A stretch of DNA of 64,000 nt from Pseudomonadota bacterium (GCA_043825735.1 JBDRRP010000107.1:124001-188000), one strand, 5' to 3'. Shown: positions 9,365-20,278, counted from the stretch's first letter. Notes: generated from the sequence alone by a model not told the origin. Program-made: numbers and translations.

Positions 9365-12300
9365 TCAATTGGGGCGCGTCATCTTTTCCGTGATGTCTTC
9401 CGCAGGAACGGCGCTGGAAATTTGCGCCACCACATTGCCAAGGTGGCGGATGTCCTCGGCCACCTTTCGAGACAGCGCAAGGATCTCCTCATCATTTTGT
9501 TCGCGGCACGCCTGCTCGAGACCCATGGCGTGCTCGTATAAATGCGTCGCCGAGATGTTGCCCGATGCCCCCTTGAGGGAGTGCGCTGATCGCGCCGCCT
9601 GGACATAATCACTTCCGGAAAGGAAGTCTTGGAATTGTGATGACACATCGGGGTAAGCGCTGCAGTACTCCGCCACGATGTCAATGAACACTTTCAAATC
9701 GACGCCCAGGCGGTGCATGCCTTCGGTGATGTTGAGGCCGGGCACTGCAGCGGGAAAAGCGCCCGCAGGCCGACTGGCCTCGACCGCTTTCGTATCACAC
9801 CGGCGGATGTGGCGCCGAAGGGCGGCAAAAAGCTCCTTTCTGTCGATGGGCTTGGACACATAGTCGTCCATGCCGGCCTTCAGGCACCGCTCACGGTCGC
9901 CCTGCATGGCGTGGGCGGTCATGGCGATGATGGGCAGATCGCGGAGGGCCGCGTCCTCCCGGATGGCGCGGGTGGCGCCGTAGCCGTCGAGTCCCGGCAT
10001 CTGAATGTCCATCAATACGGCGTCAAAGCGTTTTCGGGCGAGCTTATCAAGGGCGATGCTGCCGTTTTCTGCCGTGTCAACGGATACCGCCGCCAGTTTC
10101 AGAATCTCTTCGGCAACGCGTCGGTTGATGGGGTTGTCCTCGACCAGGAGAACCTGTGCGCCGTGCAGTTCATCCGGGTCTCCCAACCCTTCGGGGGCGA
10201 CGTCCGGCTGTATCGATTCGTGGCCGCAGATCTCCATCATGGTGTCCAACAGATGGGAGAGCTTGACCGGTTTCACCAGGTAGCTTTCCACGCCGGCGGC
10301 TTCGGCCCGCTGGATGTCTTCTTCCTTGCCGCTGGCGCTGACGATGATGATGTGCGGCGCCGATTCGGGCGATGCTTTTATGATGCGTTCAGAGGCGCTG
10401 ATACCGTCGATGCCCGGCAGTTCGAGGTCCATCAGGATCAAATCAAAGGGCGTTTCGCCGCGGCTCTGGCAAAGACGCAGTGCCGCCTCGCCGGTAAAGA
10501 CCCCTTCGGCCCGGCATCCAAAGCTTTCCACCATGCGCTTGAGGACATCCATCGTGTAGGGGTTGTCTTCAACGATCAGCACCTGAAGGCCCGTCATGGC
10601 AAAGATCATCCGCTTGGCAACCCCGGCGTCATTGTGCACCCGAGAAAAAACGCTCGTGAAAATGAAGCTGGTGCCCCGGCCCGGTGTGCTCCGAAGCCAG
10701 ATCCGGCCATCCATCATTTCAACGATGCTTTTGCTGATGGCCAAGCCCAGCCCGGTGCCACCGTATTTACGGGTGGTGGAGCCGTCGGCCTGAGTGAAGA
10801 CCTCGAAGAGCCGCCGCTGCACTTCGGGCGCGATGCCGATGCCCGTATCCCTGATTTCGAAAATCAGCGTCGTTTGGTCCCCGCTCTGGGCTTCTACGGT
10901 GACGGTGATGTGGATCTCTCCCTGTTCGGTGAACTTGACGGCATTGGACATGAGATTGGCCAACACCTGACGCAGACGCAACGGGTCGCCGATCAGACGC
11001 TCGGGCACCGTCGGGCTGACATCAACGACCATTTCGATCCGCTTTTTCAGCATGCGATCCAGGAAAATGTCTGCGACTTCGTCGATGACACTGCGGAATT
11101 GAAACGGGATGCGCTCGAAGTCGAGCTTTCCGGCCTCTATCTTGGAAAAATCGAGAATGTCGTTGATCAGTCCCAGAAGCGACTTTCCCGAAGACTGGAT
11201 GATCTGTATGTACTCGCGCTGTTTGCGGTCCATCGATGCCGTGGTCAGCAGATCACAGACACCGATGATGCCGTTTAAGGGGGTGCGGATTTCATGGCTC
11301 ATATTGGCCAGGAACTCGCTTTTGGCGCGGCTGGCAAGTTCCGCCTTCTCCTTGGTGTCGCACAGGAGTTCCCGCGTTTTTTTGATTTCCGTTATGTCGA
11401 TCAGCAGGGCGCGGATGCCCCCCGGCACCCCGTTTCGGATCAATGGGGTCGAGCGCATGATGACGGGAAAAGTCCCGCCGTCCGCCCGGCGCACGAGAAA
11501 TTCCTGGTCGTCGGCATCGGCGCCATCGAGGGCGGCCAGACAGGCGCTGTCGAAGCGGTCACGCTCCTCGGCGGCGACGAGATCCGACACGGTGAACCCC
11601 GAGGAGAGCGTTTCTGGCGGATAGCCTGTGGATTCGACGGTTTTCCTGTTGAAGAAAGCCAGCCGGCCGCCCTGATCCATTTCGATGAGGATCTCGGGCA
11701 GCATTTCGGCCAGTTCACGGTAGCGGTGTTCGCTCTCACGCAGGGCTTTGACCACCTGCTTGCGGCCGGTGATGTCCCGGGCCACGCCGTACGTGCCCAT
11801 GAAGCGGGTGTCCTTGTCATCCGGAGCGGCGTTATAGACGCCGGAGGCATAGAGTTCGAACACCGGCGGCGTGTATCGATCCACCGGCCATGCCCCGGTC
11901 TTGGGCGCCAGGTGGATCTCGTGGGCACGGGTGGCGCGCTCGCCGGTGCGCCGCTCGTTGATCCGGTAGCTGATTCCAGCGTCCACCGCAGGGGGGACCA
12001 CCGCGGAGTAATGCTGCCCGATGAGTTCGCCGGGGGAGTAGTGCAGGAGTTTTTCCACCGCACCGCCCACGAAGCTGAATCGGCCCTCGGCGTCCAGCAT
12101 GTAAATGATGTCCGGCGAGTTGTTCACCAGGGCGCTGTAATTCTTTTCGGATGCCCTGAGGCTGTTTTCCGCGCGACGCCGCTCCTGGATCTCCCGGTTC
12201 AACTGCTGGTTGGCGGCCACCAAATCGGCGGTGCGCGCGGTAACGGTCTGCTCCAACTGGGCATTGAGGCGGTTGAGGGCTTCAACCGCCTCACGATGCT

Positions 12301-12676
12301 CCGCTTTTAGGCGTATGTGGGCTACGGCGTTGTCAACGCGCTTGATCAGTTCGTCCGGTTCAAAGGGTTTGCGGATGAAGTCGAAGGCCCCGCGGCGGAC
12401 CGCCTTGATGGCTGCCTCCGGGCTGCGGTCACCGGTAATGATGATAAAGGCCCTGTCGTCACGGCTGCCGCCGGTGGCGTCCATGAGGTCAAAGCCCGTC
12501 ATGCCGGGCATCATCAGGTCCAGCAGCACCACCCCGGCCTTGCTGTCGGTCAGCATCGCGGCGGCTGTGTTCGGGTCGTTGACCGCCACGGGCCGGTAGC
12601 CCCGCTTTTCAAGCAGCGCGACGATGCTGGCGGTCATGCGGGGGTTGTCGTCGACGACTATAATTTCAGAAGTCAT
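9365..12676 (-). CDS. Hybrid sensor histidine kinase (REC-PAS-PAS-HisKA-HATPase-REC-REC-Hpt)
   Basis: FLANMSHEIRTPLNG, NLMSNAVKFT, DTGIGI, GGTGLGL, two C-terminal REC domains, AHSLKGASG. Confidence 0.95.
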   Translation of the reverse strand: MTSEIIVVDDNPRMTASIVALLEKRGYRPVAVNDPNTAAAMLTDSKAGVVLLDLMMPGMTGFDLMDATGGSRDDRAFIIITGDRSPEAAIKAVRRGAFDFIRKPFEPDELIKRVDNAVAHIRLKAEHREAVEALNRLNAQLEQTVTARTADLVAANQQLNREIQERRRAENSLRASEKNYSALVNNSPDIIYMLDAEGRFSFVGGAVEKLLHYSPGELIGQHYSAVVPPAVDAGISYRINERRTGERATRAHEIHLAPKTGAWPVDRYTPPVFELYASGVYNAAPDDKDTRFMGTYGVARDITGRKQVVKALRESEHRYRELAEMLPEILIEMDQGGRLAFFNRKTVESTGYPPETLSSGFTVSDLVAAEERDRFDSACLAALDGADADDQEFLVRRADGGTFPVIMRSTPLIRNGVPGGIRALLIDITEIKKTRELLCDTKEKAELASRAKSEFLANMSHEIRTPLNGIIGVCDLLTTASMDRKQREYIQIIQSSGKSLLGLINDILDFSKIEAGKLDFERIPFQFRSVIDEVADIFLDRMLKKRIEMVVDVSPTVPERLIGDPLRLRQVLANLMSNAVKFTEQGEIHITVTVEAQSGDQTTLIFEIRDTGIGIAPEVQRRLFEVFTQADGSTTRKYGGTGLGLAISKSIVEMMDGRIWLRSTPGRGTSFIFTSVFSRVHNDAGVAKRMIFAMTGLQVLIVEDNPYTMDVLKRMVESFGCRAEGVFTGEAALRLCQSRGETPFDLILMDLELPGIDGISASERIIKASPESAPHIIIVSASGKEEDIQRAEAAGVESYLVKPVKLSHLLDTMMEICGHESIQPDVAPEGLGDPDELHGAQVLLVEDNPINRRVAEEILKLAAVSVDTAENGSIALDKLARKRFDAVLMDIQMPGLDGYGATRAIREDAALRDLPIIAMTAHAMQGDRERCLKAGMDDYVSKPIDRKELFAALRRHIRRCDTKAVEASRPAGAFPAAVPGLNITEGMHRLGVDLKVFIDIVAEYCSAYPDVSSQFQDFLSGSDYVQAARSAHSLKGASGNISATHLYEHAMGLEQACREQNDEEILALSRKVAEDIRHLGNVVAQISSAVPAEDITEKMTRPN

Positions 12677-12688
12677 TGGGTGCGCCTC

Positions 12689-14866
12689 TCAAGTGCTGAA
12701 TGCCCGCGCTGGTGAGTGCTCCGTTGCGGCCTGGGGAAATGTTTCCGGCGCCGGGGGGATATCGCCGGCGTCTTGCGGGCAAACCGGTAGCCGAATGGTG
12801 AACACCGTGCCCCTGTCCGGAGTGCTGTCAAACGTGATGATTCCTCCGATGTCGGTGACCGCGGCGCGGACGATGCAAAGCCCCAAACCGGCGCCTCCGG
12901 CCGTTTTGGTGCTGTTAAAGGGCTGAAACATGACGTCCTTGACGGCGGCGCTGATACCGGGGCCGTCGTCACTGACGGTGATACGGATCGCATCCGGAGC
13001 GGTCTTTCCCCCGGGTGCGCGGTCCGATGCGGTGTGGACATGGATATTGCCGCCGCCGGCGAGCGCTTCAGCGGCATTTTTGATGAGATTGAGAAGAATC
13101 TGCTTGATCTTGTCGCGGATGCTGTACACCGCGGGCAGGGCTTCGTCGAGGTCCAGGTGGATGGTCACCCGATGGGGTGAGGGCTGCGAGGCCCTGGCCA
13201 CGGTCACCATTTTACCGATGATCTCGTTGACCGACAGCCACTCCCGGGGAGCATCGGACGCCGGCAGGATCAAGTGTTCCAAAAGGCCGCCGATGCGCCC
13301 GATCTCCTCGTCGATGACGGTCAACTCTCCCTGGGCGGCGTGATCCCGGGGCAGTTTCAACCGCAGCACATTCAGGTAGTTTTTGATGATGCTCAGCGGC
13401 GTTCTGATTTCGTGGGCCGTTTTCTTGATGATCAGCCGTTGCATGGCGGGCCCGGAGTGCCGGGCGCCGGGGGCGGTCGCCGCCGGCAGCGGATCGCCGC
13501 AGCGGCGGGCGGCGGCGATTGACAGCGCCTGCACCGCATCCAGGTCAATGCCGTGGCCTGCGGCCGCGTCCGTACCGCAGACCACCATGCCCGGCAGCGG
13601 GTTGCCGGTTCCGAAGGGCACGGCGACAAGCCCCGGCGTTCCCAGGCGGTCGATGATCTGGCGGTCCATTATTAGCGCTTCGGCGGTGTCGCAATCAAGC
13701 ACGGCCGTCCGGCCGCTGCGCCATGCCGCGGCGATGCCGCTGGCGCTGCCGGCGGGAATTTCAATCGCCGTGCCGGGGTTGTCCATCCCCGGTGTGGCGT
13801 GAACCACCGCCAGCACATCGCTTTCGGACTCGTGACGGAAGACGATGCAGGGGGCGAGCCCGCAGAGCATGGAGATGGCATTGGCCAGTCGATCCAGGAC
13901 CGCAGCGGGGTTGTCGGTCTTGTCAAAGGCTTCCATGGATGCGTTCAGGGCCATCTGCCGGGTCATGCGCCGGCCCAGGCCCTGCGGCAGTGCCGGCGCC
14001 GCATGGGGGGGACGCTCGCCGCCCGATGCGGCCAATGGCAGCCCCAGTTTTTCGTGGACGTGATGGATTTCCTCGGTGGTCGCCGACAGGATGTCTTCCG
14101 CCTGAAGGCGCCTCAGTCCGGTAAACCCGCTGATAAATGCATGATCAGCCGGTGTCCCGGCCGCCATACCGTCGGCCAGTGCGTCGGCCAGCGACACGGT
14201 TTTGACCAGGGGCAGCGCGGTGCGCAGGGCTTCCATGGGATAGTGCCGGAACCGGATCACCCCCCGGACCGCCGACAGGGGGTATCCACCGGGCAGCAGG
14301 GCTTCCGAGATCTGACAGATGCGGCGCAGGTCTTCGGACGGGACCTCGGGGGCGCCCTGGGCGGCCGAAGGCGCTGCGGCGCCGGCCCACGCATCCATCA
14401 GCAGAGGCAACCGGCCGATCCCGGTCAGCAGACCGCAAAGGTAGGCGATGTCGCCGTCGTCACGATTGAGGCAATGGGACAGCCGGCGGGCCAGGGCGGC
14501 CGCCGTTACAGAACGCCGCCAGTAGTGGTAATAGGCGGCCTGAAATGCTCCATCAAAAACAAGCGGGCCGCTGGCGGCCAGCCCGCATGATGCCAGCAGT
14601 CGCAGGCCGGCGGCGCCGAGGCGATCCACCGTTTTGAACAGGTGGTGCGCCGCGGCGGAGGCGTCCGCTGCGGCTGGCGCGGTGCGCAGCAGGCCGCACA
14701 TCAGCACCGGCTCCCTGGAGATCACCTCCACAATGTCCGGTATGTTGAATGCTTGACGGTCCAGCAACGCCAGAAGACGCTCTATGGCCTGTGGCAGCAC
14801 GGGGAGGGGGCCGTATGGCTTTACCGATGGGGCGAATGATTCATTTTTTAGCGCTGTGCCAGCCAC
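12689..14866 (-). CDS. HDOD + GAF-like + histidine kinase
   Basis: LPVLPQ...SREPVL...AYLCGLLTGIGRL (HDOD); AHEIRTPL, NLIKNAAEA, DDGPGI, GAGLGL. Confidence 0.88.
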   Translation of the reverse strand: MAGTALKNESFAPSVKPYGPLPVLPQAIERLLALLDRQAFNIPDIVEVISREPVLMCGLLRTAPAAADASAAAHHLFKTVDRLGAAGLRLLASCGLAASGPLVFDGAFQAAYYHYWRRSVTAAALARRLSHCLNRDDGDIAYLCGLLTGIGRLPLLMDAWAGAAAPSAAQGAPEVPSEDLRRICQISEALLPGGYPLSAVRGVIRFRHYPMEALRTALPLVKTVSLADALADGMAAGTPADHAFISGFTGLRRLQAEDILSATTEEIHHVHEKLGLPLAASGGERPPHAAPALPQGLGRRMTRQMALNASMEAFDKTDNPAAVLDRLANAISMLCGLAPCIVFRHESESDVLAVVHATPGMDNPGTAIEIPAGSASGIAAAWRSGRTAVLDCDTAEALIMDRQIIDRLGTPGLVAVPFGTGNPLPGMVVCGTDAAAGHGIDLDAVQALSIAAARRCGDPLPAATAPGARHSGPAMQRLIIKKTAHEIRTPLSIIKNYLNVLRLKLPRDHAAQGELTVIDEEIGRIGGLLEHLILPASDAPREWLSVNEIIGKMVTVARASQPSPHRVTIHLDLDEALPAVYSIRDKIKQILLNLIKNAAEALAGGGNIHVHTASDRAPGGKTAPDAIRITVSDDGPGISAAVKDVMFQPFNSTKTAGGAGLGLCIVRAAVTDIGGIITFDSTPDRGTVFTIRLPVCPQDAGDIPPAPETFPQAATEHSPARAFST

Positions 14867-15300
14867 AGTGTTTAGCCATTTTCAGGAGTGTGTGGGAAAT
14901 CTCGACAACTTGGGAGCACCGCAGCGAAAGTTTGCCGGCATGCCACCACATCATCCCAGGAAAAGTCCGAGCAAAAATGACAATTTCTTCGAATGGCGCG
15001 CCGCTGGTTCAGTTTGCACTCCCGGAGTCCCTTCTTGTGAAAGACCAGTCTTTTCAACGATTGCCTCCCATTTCGGGTTTTCGTTAGAGGCTCATGCGCC
15101 ACCCGCTTTCCGTTCCGAATGGGCAAGTAAAAACCCCGACCAGTCGAGAGAAATCGTCTGGCCGGGGTTTTCTGGTACCTGTGCGAGCAGGCCATCAAAA
15201 TGCCCCTGCGGTGCGGCACGTTGTGTTGAGCGTGCCCGGCCTCCCATTATCCACAGCCTGGAATTGTTGTTGGACGGCGTTCTGATAAATAGGGTGCGGA

Positions 15301-15317
15301 TGTTAGATAGATGTTAA
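15301..15317 (-). promoter_or_regulatory. Pho-box-like direct repeat upstream of the kinase operon
   Basis: Minus strand TTAACA-tctat-CTAACA, followed 9 nt later by TATTTAT (-10-like). Confidence 0.5.
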
Positions 15318-15372
15318 AGGCGGCAGAAAAAAAGGCGAAATCATTGCCACTGTCAGCAGGCCTCATCGCGCG

Positions 15373-17406
15373 CTATTTTCCTTCCAAGTCATTTTCCATC
15401 GGCGTCAGCGCGTTGCCACGAACCACCGGGGCGACCCGCAGGCGTTTGTCTTTGGATTCGTAGAGTTGGATGGTCCCGGGCTCGAAGCGTTCCGCCTCGG
15501 CTGTTTTATCCTTGAGCAGCGTCTCGGCCGACACCTGGGAGTTCACCACCCTGGGGGTGAGAAACACGTAAAGATTGGTTTTCTCCTCGGCGTCCGACGT
15601 GGCCTTGAACAACCATCCCAGCACCGGGATATCGCCGAGCAGCGGCACTTTGGTAATCTTCTTGTTGATGGCTTCGTCGATCAGGCCACCGATGACCAAC
15701 GTGGAATTGTTTTCCACAAGGACGGTGGTCTCGATGACGCGTTTGAGGGTGGTGGGGCGGTCTGTGGATGTCGTGGACGCGTCGTCGAGTTTGCTGACCT
15801 CCTGGGAGATGCTCAGCCGGACAAGGTTGTCCTTGCTGATATGAGGGGTGATTTTGAGCGTGATGCCCACGTCGCGGTATTCATACGAGCTGTAGGTCTC
15901 CAACCCGGCATCGGCGGCAGAGCGGGTCTGGAAGGCCACATTCTTACCCACGGTAATAGTGGCCTCCTCGTTGTCCATGGTGAGAATCTGGGGGTTGGAG
16001 AGGATGTGCACATTCTTGTCCTGCTGATAGGCCTGAACCACTGCGGCGAGGTTGGAAAATGTGGCCCCGCCGATGACAATATCGCCGGCCAGCGTCATGA
16101 CGGAACCACCGGGCGGCAGCGTGCCGCCCTTGATGCCGGTGGTGTTGGTGTAGCTCGAGCTGCCGACCTGCCCGCTGAACCCGCCGCCGGCGACGGCTGG
16201 CCGTTTGTTCACCGAGTACTCGCCGTAGGCCTGCCATTCGGTGCCCAGATCAAAGGACTTGTTTACGTCCACTTCAACGATAAGCGACTCGATGTAGACC
16301 ATGGCCCGCGGGATGTCGAGCTTCTTGATGATGCGCTCCAGCAGCGCATAGTCGCTTTTTTCGCCCATGATGACGACGCTGTTGGTGGCCTTGTCGGCAG
16401 CGATGGTGACATCCTGGGAAATGGTCGGTGCGTCTTTTGCCTTGTCTCCGGTGTTCTTGTCTTTTTTCGGCACTGCCTTGAGCACGTCCACGATCTCTTC
16501 TGCCTTGGCATGCTGCAGATAGTAGACCTGAACGTTGCCGTCGTCGCCGGGCGTTTCCTTGTCCAGCATCCGGATCAGCTCCTTGATGCGCAGGGTGTCC
16601 GTTTCGCTGGCCAGGAACACCACACTGTTGGAGCGTTCATGGGCGACGAATTTCAGCGACTTTTCAGTCGCCTCCTTTTTGGCGGAAGGGGTCGGGCTGG
16701 TGAACATTGACGAAAGGATGGACACGGTCTTTTTAGCGTCGGAACGCTCCAGGGGATAGACGGTGATCTCGCTGCCCGTCGCCGGCACGTCGATGGCTTT
16801 AAGGATCGTGAGAAGCCGGCTGATGTTGGACTGCACATCGGTGATGATCACCGTTCCGGCCGGTTCGTAGGCCAGGACCACGCTGTTTTTGCTCACCAGC
16901 GGCGTAAGCAGTTTCTGGATCCGGTCGGGATCGGCATAGTGGAGCTGGATCAATTGGGTCACGACTTTGTCTTCGTTTGACGCCGCCGACTCTTTGAGCA
17001 GGGTCGTGACATTTTTTGTCCGGGCCTCCGGGGCCGGTACGATTTTGGTGACATCGCCGCTTTTGACGGCGGTGAATCCGTGGACATCCAGCACCGATTC
17101 AAAGACCCTGAAAGCTTCCGAGAGGGAAATCTTGTTGGGGGAAATGATGGTCACCTTGCCGCGCACCTTGTCATCGACGATGAAATTGGTGCCGGTCACT
17201 TCGCTGATGAACCGGATGAAGACATCGATGTCCACGTCGTTGAAGTTGATCGTGATGAAACGCTCGGCCGGAGCAGGTGCGGCACCGGCGGGCAGCGAAC
17301 CGTTCACCGCCAGGGCGAGTGCGAGAAAAGCGGCCAGCGCCAGCGTGCCGACGACGCGGCGGATTGGTGCTGCCGGTGATGGCGTGATCGTGTTGAACGG
17401 TTTCAT
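15373..17406 (-). CDS. gspD: Type II secretion secretin
   Basis: ITINFNDVDI, N-domain repeats, LDIPRAMVYIE, KVPLLGDIPVLGWLF, LYVFLTPRVV. Start reassigned to MKPFNT (17406). Confidence 0.95.
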   Translation of the reverse strand: MKPFNTITPSPAAPIRRVVGTLALAAFLALALAVNGSLPAGAAPAPAERFITINFNDVDIDVFIRFISEVTGTNFIVDDKVRGKVTIISPNKISLSEAFRVFESVLDVHGFTAVKSGDVTKIVPAPEARTKNVTTLLKESAASNEDKVVTQLIQLHYADPDRIQKLLTPLVSKNSVVLAYEPAGTVIITDVQSNISRLLTILKAIDVPATGSEITVYPLERSDAKKTVSILSSMFTSPTPSAKKEATEKSLKFVAHERSNSVVFLASETDTLRIKELIRMLDKETPGDDGNVQVYYLQHAKAEEIVDVLKAVPKKDKNTGDKAKDAPTISQDVTIAADKATNSVVIMGEKSDYALLERIIKKLDIPRAMVYIESLIVEVDVNKSFDLGTEWQAYGEYSVNKRPAVAGGGFSGQVGSSSYTNTTGIKGGTLPPGGSVMTLAGDIVIGGATFSNLAAVVQAYQQDKNVHILSNPQILTMDNEEATITVGKNVAFQTRSAADAGLETYSSYEYRDVGITLKITPHISKDNLVRLSISQEVSKLDDASTTSTDRPTTLKRVIETTVLVENNSTLVIGGLIDEAINKKITKVPLLGDIPVLGWLFKATSDAEEKTNLYVFLTPRVVNSQVSAETLLKDKTAEAERFEPGTIQLYESKDKRLRVAPVVRGNALTPMENDLEGK

Positions 17407-17416
17407 GCGGGGTGCC

Positions 17417-18283
17417 TTATCGTATGGTGTATTGGATCGACTGATCCCGGTTTCTTCGCCTGAGCGTGATGGTCGCCGTATCCGTTTCAGCCAGCGTTTC
17501 CAAGAGCCGGAGCACGTCCTCCGGGCCGGCCAGAGCCTGCTCATTGATGGCGGTGAGGATATCGCCGTTTTGAAACCCCAGGCGTCTGAAAACGGATGAC
17601 GGCTGAATGGTGTTGAGCTGAATACCGATGACGGCGTCGCCGTCCATGCCCGGCGCCATGGCGATGCCGGCCGCGAGCGCGTCGGCACCCGCGGCGGCCT
17701 GGGCGATGAGCGTTCGCGGTATCACCAGGGGGCGCGGGCGCTGCGACGCGTCTGCTTCCGGCGGGGTGGCGGTGATTCGCGGGGCAGACGGTGCTCCGCC
17801 GCGGGCTAAGGGCGCGGCCATTTCCAGCACCTCGTTTCGGCCCTCGACGGTGAGCACCACGCGGTCGGCCTCAATCAGCCGAACGACGGCGTTCTGGATG
17901 GGGTCGCCCACCCGGTAGAGTTGCTGGCGCCGCTGTTTCGAGTCTTCGATGACGGCGGTGGACAAGGCGGCATCGTCGGTGACGGTGCCCAGCAGTTTGA
18001 GCGGCAGCCGTGTGGGGGCCAGCGCCGCCATCTGCAGGGCCGATGCCGCCGGAGACATGTCCCCGTTGTCGGTGTTGAACAGGTTGCGCGCCGTGATGGC
18101 CCGGACATCGCCGGCCGGCCGCGGCGTCTTTTCCGGCGCCGGCCGGGGCGGGGCGCTGGTAGCGGCGCCGGAGGCCACCGGCGAGGTCGCATTGTCCATG
18201 ACAGTCCGGTAGGCGCCGATCCCCAGGACCACCACGGCGCACAGCAGCAGGGCATTGGCGGCCGTCAGCACGTAACGAACCAT
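17417..18283 (-). CDS. gspC: Type II secretion protein C (TM, HR, PDZ)
   Basis: RNLF, LKLLGTV, YRVGD, LGFQNGDILTAIN. Confidence 0.9.
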   Translation of the reverse strand: MVRYVLTAANALLLCAVVVLGIGAYRTVMDNATSPVASGAATSAPPRPAPEKTPRPAGDVRAITARNLFNTDNGDMSPAASALQMAALAPTRLPLKLLGTVTDDAALSTAVIEDSKQRRQQLYRVGDPIQNAVVRLIEADRVVLTVEGRNEVLEMAAPLARGGAPSAPRITATPPEADASQRPRPLVIPRTLIAQAAAGADALAAGIAMAPGMDGDAVIGIQLNTIQPSSVFRRLGFQNGDILTAINEQALAGPEDVLRLLETLAETDTATITLRRRNRDQSIQYTIR

Positions 18284-18286
18284 GGG

Positions 18287-18808
18287 TCAGTTCCCCACCA
18301 TTTGAAATTCGAGGACGGCGTCGATGGTGCGCTGGGCGTCACTGGTGCGGTTGATGGACATGCGCCGCACCCCGACGGTGTCGCCGGTGCGCTCCACCAA
18401 GGCCAGGTATTGGACCAACTGCGCCAGGGAGATTCCCTGAAGCTTCATTTCCACGGTGGAGAGCGTGTATGGACTCTCCTTGTCTTCGATGGTCGACGGT
18501 TTCATGTAGGCGATCCGGTCCTTTAAGGCGATGAGGCCGGCCTTTTGGTCCAGCACGGCGAACAGCGTGTCGCCTTTGGCGCCATCGGCGATGCGCCGGC
18601 GGGTGGCTTCGACGCGCTGGCGCAGCGCCGTGGTTTCGGCTTCGAGGACCCGCATGTCGGTCAGGGTGCGGGCCTTGGCGGCAAGCACACGTTTGAGCTG
18701 CCGGTGGCGCGCCGTCAGTGGAAAGACCGCCAGCTGCATCACGAGAAACCCGACGATACCGGCGACGGCCGCGGCAAGGGCTCCTTTTTCCCGCCGGCTG
18801 AGATTCAT
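18287..18808 (-). CDS. gspM: Type II secretion protein M
   Basis: MNLSRREK + single TM + ferredoxin-like C-terminus; operon position. Confidence 0.85.
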   Translation of the reverse strand: MNLSRREKGALAAAVAGIVGFLVMQLAVFPLTARHRQLKRVLAAKARTLTDMRVLEAETTALRQRVEATRRRIADGAKGDTLFAVLDQKAGLIALKDRIAYMKPSTIEDKESPYTLSTVEMKLQGISLAQLVQYLALVERTGDTVGVRRMSINRTSDAQRTIDAVLEFQMVGN

Positions 18809-20226
18809 GACGGCACCAGTTTGAGTTTGAAGCTGACACGGTTTCCGGATTTCTCCATGCTGGCCGAGGTGATGGTCACCGACGCGAACCGGCCGGCGTC
18901 TTGCAGGCCGTTCTTGATGGCGTCCACGGCGTTGAAGGAATCCGTGCTGCCGGTGATGGCGATGCCTTCAGGCCCCGACACCAGCCGGGTCAGCTCCACG
19001 TCGATGGCGGCCGGGATGTGGCTGCTGACGGCCACCAGCATGTCCAGGCTGCTGTAGGGGGCCAGGCCGCCGCCGGGCACCAGGGCGATTTTGCGCATCT
19101 CCTTGAGCTTCAATTCCATCTGGTGCAGGGGGTCGACGATACGTGTCACTTCAGGAAAGGCGCCCCGGAAAATGCCGGTGATCTGGGTGTCCATAGCCTG
19201 CACCTGCCGAGACAGGTGACGGGTAGCCATGGCCATGTCGCCAAGGGCGAGGATGGCGGCCAGCGTGACCAGGCAGGCTGCCGTCACGATCTGACGTTTG
19301 TGTTTTTTCCAAAGCGAGCGGCGGGAGTAAGCGCCGCGTCTGAAATTGAGCAGCGGTGCGCCCGCCGCCAGACCGAGCGCCAGACACCAGGATTCCAGAA
19401 GGCCGCTCGGCGCATCGTCTTCGCCGGTGGCAGCGATGGCTATCGCATCGACCGGAGCGGCGAACCGCTCGACATGGACAGCCGCCTCCAGCCCGATCGG
19501 CTTGCCGGTCGAAACCACGCGGGTGAACTCAGGCGCGCCGCCCAGGCAGTGCGCGGCAGCCCAACGGGTGCGGTTTATTTCCGCCGCCAGGCGCTGTGTA
19601 CGCGCCGGGCCGTCGGGAGGCATCGGTACCGATCGCAGAAAGCCGATGGCGCCGCCCGCCGGCACGATCAGGGTCGCCTGCCGGCTGCCGGCATCGATAA
19701 ACATGTCGACGTTTTCGTCGGGCGCGGTGCCTGCCCGGTGCACCGCCATGGCCGTGCCGCCCACCGTCACCAGGTCAGGATCGATCCCGGCGGCGGCCAG
19801 GACCCCCAGGAGGGCCTCAAGGCGCTGCCGGGAAATGGCCGCCACACACAAGTCGCTTTCCCGGGCGTTTTCATCCCGCTGCGGCAGGCGGATAAAATCG
19901 GCCATCACTGATTCCGGCGCGCAGGCCATGACCGTCTCCAGTTCAAGAGGCAGCACCTGCCGTATTTTGCGGATGTCCGTGAACGGCACGCGCAGGTGGC
20001 GAAAATGAAACAGCTCGCCCGGCAAAGCGACGGCCGTCGGCCCCCGGTGCGGCCCCAGCGCCGCCACCAGTGATGCCAGTGCCTCGGGGAGCAGATCCTC
20101 CAGCACGCCGTCGGCCAGCGGCACACTGGCCGATGCCGCAATGCGCCCGCCCCGGAAACCGCCGCAGACGGCGACCGCGGCCACTGAATCGTCCCGGATG
20201 GCGATGCCCACGTGCCGCCGGCTCAT
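18805..20226 (-). CDS. gspL: Type II secretion protein L (PilN-like C-terminus)
   Basis: VGIAI, FRHLRVPF..KIRQVLPLELE, LNFRRG, TM. Start reassigned to MSRRHV (20226). Confidence 0.85.
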   Translation of the reverse strand: MSRRHVGIAIRDDSVAAVAVCGGFRGGRIAASASVPLADGVLEDLLPEALASLVAALGPHRGPTAVALPGELFHFRHLRVPFTDIRKIRQVLPLELETVMACAPESVMADFIRLPQRDENARESDLCVAAISRQRLEALLGVLAAAGIDPDLVTVGGTAMAVHRAGTAPDENVDMFIDAGSRQATLIVPAGGAIGFLRSVPMPPDGPARTQRLAAEINRTRWAAAHCLGGAPEFTRVVSTGKPIGLEAAVHVERFAAPVDAIAIAATGEDDAPSGLLESWCLALGLAAGAPLLNFRRGAYSRRSLWKKHKRQIVTAACLVTLAAILALGDMAMATRHLSRQVQAMDTQITGIFRGAFPEVTRIVDPLHQMELKLKEMRKIALVPGGGLAPYSSLDMLVAVSSHIPAAIDVELTRLVSGPEGIAITGSTDSFNAVDAIKNGLQDAGRFASVTITSASMEKSGNRVSFKLKLVPS

Positions 20227-20278
20227 CGGTGGCGCCTCCGGCTGTCCGCGGGACGCTGCGGCGCTGTTTTGTCCATGC

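Noticed and set aside
9713..12310. Long antisense ORFs opposite the hybrid kinase (likewise opposite gspD and tpsA)
   Set aside because: Shadow frames expected in GC-rich coding DNA.
15247..15255. Perfect DnaA box TTATCCACA
   Set aside because: Single copy, with no box cluster or origin context.
17407..17688. N-terminal extensions of gspD (also gspL, gspF, exeB) in the ORF track
   Set aside because: They overlap neighbouring genes or promoters; family-typical starts lie downstream.
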